From IMG/VR virus record IMGVR_UViG_3300040806_001404: a DNA stretch of 20,000 nt. One strand, written 5' to 3'. The notes below the pieces were generated by a model, which saw only the letters and a program-made list of their open reading frames with translations, was not told where the DNA came from and ran no database searches. Below, piece after piece: positions 17,346-20,000 of this stretch (position 1 is its first letter; every line of letters starts with the position of its first letter). A program made the position numbers and the translations under genes. The DNA comes from an uncultured virus (IMG/VR IMGVR_UViG_3300040806_001404) (lineage: Duplodnaviria > Heunggongvirae > Uroviricota > Caudoviricetes).

Positions 17346-17593
17346 AGAGGTAGTTTATTACCTCTCTTTGATTTAATTAAATGTAAGCCTGAAGCTTCTT
17401 CTTCAATCTTTTGCTTTAAAGAATCTGTTAAGAGCTTCTTAAGATTTTTATAATCCATACCTCTTTGTTCTACGACATAAGATGCTGCATCGATATATGA
17501 CATACTATTATTTGCTACAAGATGCTCTACTGCTGCAGAGAATCTCTTCTTTGTCATAATCTTTTGCTCTATTGGATTATCTTTATCCGACAA
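17342..17593 (-). CDS. gp33: Late promoter transcription co-activator gp33
   Basis: MTKKRFSAAVEHLV, MSYIDA, LKQKIEEEA..LHL and KLPL match gp33. The likely start is TTG at 17593 (83 aa) or the ATG of MTKKRF, rather than the track start at 17632 inside ahpC. Confidence 0.88.
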   Translation of the reverse strand: MSDKDNPIEQKIMTKKRFSAAVEHLVANNSMSYIDAASYVVEQRGMDYKNLKKLLTDSLKQKIEEEASGLHLIKSKRGNKLPL

Positions 17594-18104
17594 ACTCTTC
17601 ACCTTCATTCCAAGCACAACCTGTAAGACCACCTGCTTGTAAAGCTTTCAATGTTCTTAATACTTCTTGTGCGTTTCTTCCTGTATCTAAAGCGTTAATA
17701 GATACATGTTGTATAACTCTATTCTTATCAAAGATAAATGTTGCTCTGTATGGAACACCTTCATCTTCATTAACAATACCTAGTTGATGTGATAGTCCTA
17801 ATCCACAGTCAGCTGCTAATGTATGATTAATAGTACCAATTAAATTATTATCTTGTTTCCAAGCTAATTTACAGAACTCATTATCTCCACTTATTCCAAT
17901 AACATTAGCATCATCGACTAAACAGTCAAACCCAGCTATTTCTGTTGGACATATAAAGGTAAAGTCCTTAGGATAGAAATAAACTACACTCCACTGTTTT
18001 TTCTGTGGCATATAACTTTCGTTTACTTCAACTCTCACAAATTCATTTTTTTCGTTAATTCCTTGCAGTGAGAATGCAGGAAACTTTTCTCCGACTGATA
18101 GCAT
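17583..18104 (-). CDS. ahpC: Peroxiredoxin (AhpC/Prx1, 2-Cys type), auxiliary metabolic gene
   Basis: 173 aa, AGGAGG SD; VYFYPKDFTFICPTEI (PxxxTxxC peroxidatic motif), RATFIFD, GRNAQEVLRTLKALQ and a candidate resolving Cys in TGCAW. Confidence 0.93.
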   Translation of the reverse strand: MLSVGEKFPAFSLQGINEKNEFVRVEVNESYMPQKKQWSVVYFYPKDFTFICPTEIAGFDCLVDDANVIGISGDNEFCKLAWKQDNNLIGTINHTLAADCGLGLSHQLGIVNEDEGVPYRATFIFDKNRVIQHVSINALDTGRNAQEVLRTLKALQAGGLTGCAWNEGEEFVG

Positions 18105-18113
18105 ATTATCCTC

Positions 18114-19235
18114 CTAAAATACTCTCATTAATATACAGTCAGCATTAACTCTGCCTGTTGGTTTATCTATTTTTGTTGTTAATGTATCCCAAATCTTTTC
18201 AATTTGTTTTTCTGTTTTATTTAAAATCATTGGTAGTATTTCATCTGGCTTTCTTAAAGTAGCTTGTCTAGACTCTTTAGTAAAGTTTTTTACTGAAGTG
18301 CCTGATACTTCGAAGCCACTTACTGAGTCTGTAAAGTATTCAATAAGTTTCTTGTTCTTTCTATTATAGACATACAGCTTGTGTTTGCCAGGTATCATTA
18401 CAGGATTAATCGAGGTTAACTTAACGTCGTTATCTTCTGTACAATACTTTAACTTACTAACCTGTTGGTCTGAAGCTTTAACTTTCTTAGCTCTTGGTAG
18501 TTTAGTAGCCTTAAACGAATCTTTTAATCTATCTAAATCAGCAAATATTTCTCTAAACTGCTTAAGTATTTTATTTTTTTCGCCTTTAGTCCAGTGAGAA
18601 TAAGCTTCGACACATTGGTCGCAAGTCTTTTCATATGCCTCATTGATGTTATTATATTCAGTATCTAATAATTCTCTGAATATCTTGATGGCATTACCTT
18701 TTAAGTTATGACCTTTAAATCTGTTATAAGCACTAAACTTTCTATTAAAGTCTCCTTCTAACCAACCTTCAACTATTTCTAAATCAAAATCAGCGTATAT
18801 AGTATCCATCACTTTTCTGCGAGTTCTTTCAGCAGGACTGATAACAACTACTACAGCTTTTTTAGCTTCTTCGACTTTCTTTTCTTTTAAGCCGATTTTA
18901 TATTGAACATTAATAAAATCTTTAATCTTATCTAATTGTTCATCTGAATAGACCCATCCTCTATAATGTAGTTTAATCAGTTTATTAACTGACATAAATT
19001 TATAGTCTTTAAGTCTTTTAAGTACTGCTACTTTCTTTTTATCGTATCCACAATAGTCCATTGCAAACTGATAAGTTGTAGGCATGTAATCCTTAGTCTT
19101 ATAAAAATAGTTATACCATGAAGCTCCTCTTGTCCACTCTCTATCGTTGAACTCTGATTCCTTAGTATAAATTGGTTCTGGTCCAAGATACTTATCATCT
19201 AGACTTGGTCCTCTTTTTCTTTTATTTGCTGCCAT
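18114..19235 (-). CDS. Hypothetical basic phage protein under an early-type promoter
   Basis: 373 aa, strong TAAGGAG SD at 19240-19246; Lys-rich; no function recognised. Confidence 0.85.
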   Translation of the reverse strand: MAANKRKRGPSLDDKYLGPEPIYTKESEFNDREWTRGASWYNYFYKTKDYMPTTYQFAMDYCGYDKKKVAVLKRLKDYKFMSVNKLIKLHYRGWVYSDEQLDKIKDFINVQYKIGLKEKKVEEAKKAVVVVISPAERTRRKVMDTIYADFDLEIVEGWLEGDFNRKFSAYNRFKGHNLKGNAIKIFRELLDTEYNNINEAYEKTCDQCVEAYSHWTKGEKNKILKQFREIFADLDRLKDSFKATKLPRAKKVKASDQQVSKLKYCTEDNDVKLTSINPVMIPGKHKLYVYNRKNKKLIEYFTDSVSGFEVSGTSVKNFTKESRQATLRKPDEILPMILNKTEKQIEKIWDTLTTKIDKPTGRVNADCILMRVF

Positions 19236-19261
19236 ATTTCTCCTTAATTGTTTATATGTAT

Positions 19262-19290
19262 ATTATAACACATTTTAAGTCGTTTGTAAA
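19262..19290 (-). promoter_or_regulatory. sigma70/T4-early-type promoter
   Basis: - strand GTTTACA-N17-TATAAT with TGTGT extended -10; -35 at 19285-19290, -10 at 19262-19267; shares TTTACAAA...TGTG(G/T)TATAATATAC with the gp32 promoter. Confidence 0.8.
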
Positions 19291-19310
19291 CGATTTTTGT
19301 GAATAAAGGT

Positions 19311-19358
19311 GGCCGAGCCTCTGCGGGTGATAAGGAGTCGCATTGTTGAGACTCAGCC
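19311..19358 (-). ncRNA. Putative structured RNA element: extended hairpin with an anti-SD loop
   Basis: - strand GGCUGAGUCUC pairs with GAGGCUCGGCC (11 bp, 2 G-U); inner UGCG/CGCA stem; 13-nt loop ACUCCUUAUCACC; a GC-rich island in AT-rich DNA. Confidence 0.6.
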
Positions 19359-19367
19359 GTTGACATA

Positions 19368-19490
19368 TTAATCTTTCTCCCAAGGTAATGGGATTTGTTT
19401 TCCTTTTCTTTGTTCTTCAGCGACATGGCTTGACATGTATGCAAACACCATTGCTCCTATTGTAATTAATATAGTAAAAAATGTATTCAT
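19368..19490 (-). CDS. Small membrane peptide (40 aa)
   Basis: Not in the ORF track. MNTFFTILITIGAMVFAYMSSHVAEEQRKGKQIPLPWEKD*; GAGGAG SD, TAATG coupling to the upstream ORF; one N-terminal hydrophobic helix. Confidence 0.75.
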   Translation of the reverse strand: MNTFFTILITIGAMVFAYMSSHVAEEQRKGKQIPLPWEKD

Positions 19491-19846
19491 TAGTTTCTCC
19501 TCATATTAGCAATATCAGTTGCTTCTTCTTGAGAGATAACTGGTACAGCATTTGATTTATGCATAGTGGCAATACCTTTTACTAAGGTGCCAGTATACTT
19601 CATTGTTTCTTTTTTACTACAATCGCTAGCGATTTCATGGTAATTACCATTCTTCATATATTCTTCCATTAAGGAATTATATTGTACAGCTTGTCTTTCT
19701 CGTATCTTATTTAATTGAGATTCTCTTAAAGCTGCTGATTGAAAAGCCACTGGCTTCTTTTTAACTCTATTAGCTGCGTGGTTTTTTCTCTTCCTTCCAC
19801 AAGGTGAATACCTTAGTGAACCCATATAGAAGCTCGTAACAGCCAT
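19490..19846 (-). CDS. Hypothetical phage protein
   Basis: 118 aa, GGAGG SD, TAATG coupling at both ends; C-terminal YTGTLVKGIATMHKSNAVPV motif that I recall from uncharacterised T4-like phage proteins. Confidence 0.8.
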   Translation of the reverse strand: MAVTSFYMGSLRYSPCGRKRKNHAANRVKKKPVAFQSAALRESQLNKIRERQAVQYNSLMEEYMKNGNYHEIASDCSKKETMKYTGTLVKGIATMHKSNAVPVISQEEATDIANMRRN

Positions 19847-19977
19847 TACTTAGGACCTCCATTATGTCCAATCATTGATTTTTCTTGTTGTTCTTTTTTC
19901 CATCTTAAAAAATCAAGTGCAACTTCTCTTGTGGTGTGTGTTAACGTACTCACCGGACGTCTTTTTTTATTTTTCAT
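19846..19977 (-). CDS. Small basic protein ending in a GHNGGP motif (43 aa; frame is open to the window edge)
   Basis: Not in the ORF track. MKNKKRRPVSTLTHTTREVALDFLRWKKEQQEKSMIGHNGGPK*; its stop overlaps the next ATG (TAATG). Confidence 0.65.
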   Translation of the reverse strand: MKNKKRRPVSTLTHTTREVALDFLRWKKEQQEKSMIGHNGGPK

Positions 19978-20000
19978 AATCTGTAAATTTGTCCTAATAT

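Noticed and set aside
17594..17632. N-terminal extension of gp33 given by the ORF track
   Set aside because: Lies within the ahpC coding sequence; a TTG start at 17593 or the downstream ATG fits gp33 length better.
1461..18597. Other short antisense ORFs in the track (1461, 2686, 3496, 5728, 6882, 9023, 10240, 11261, 11893, 12253, 12637, 15837, 17572, 18379)
   Set aside because: All lie opposite well-supported phage genes and lack evident RBSs or recognisable motifs.
19244..19444. 66 aa track ORF (or its 40 aa ATG-19366 version) on the - strand
   Set aside because: Overlaps the better-supported 40 aa TM ORF in another frame and runs through the RNA hairpin, the promoter and the next SD; not fully excluded as a leader peptide.
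1..20000. CRISPR arrays, tRNAs, introns/inteins, homing endonucleases, DGR repeats, stop-codon reassignment
   Set aside because: No spaced direct repeats or cloverleafs were seen by eye; core genes are uninterrupted and of expected length; TAA, TAG and TGA all terminate genes under the standard code.

Overview
AT-rich segment of a T4-like (Tevenvirinae/Kyanoviridae-style) myophage genome; the sequence style suggests a marine phage, but the host cannot be determined from the window. Left arm (- strand): contiguous baseplate operon gp48-gp53-gp27-like hub-short gp5-unknown 333 aa-gp25-gp6-gp7-gp8 (partial). Centre (+ strand, divergent): gp4, gp2, gp54-like, gp26, a gp51-like ORF missed by the ORF track, a 2-TM membrane protein and a tape-measure-like protein. 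Right arm (- strand, convergent): small early ORFs, a 373 aa hypothetical, peroxiredoxin AhpC, gp33, gp59 and gp32. T4 late promoters (TATAAATA), two T4-early-type sigma70 promoters and an intrinsic terminator are visible. Main observations: (1) a probable -1 programmed ribosomal frameshift at T TTT TTT that would fuse gp26 to the gp51-like ORF shortly upstream of the tape measure, resembling lambda gpG/gpGT; (2) a GC-rich strand-specific RNA hairpin with an anti-Shine-Dalgarno loop complementary to neighbouring RBSs; (3) an identical 20-nt late promoter/start-codon cassette predicting leaderless mRNAs for gp2 and gp25; (4) a minimal 160 aa gp5 without lysozyme or long needle, followed by an unknown internally repeated acidic protein. 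All family assignments come from motif recognition and synteny, not database searches.
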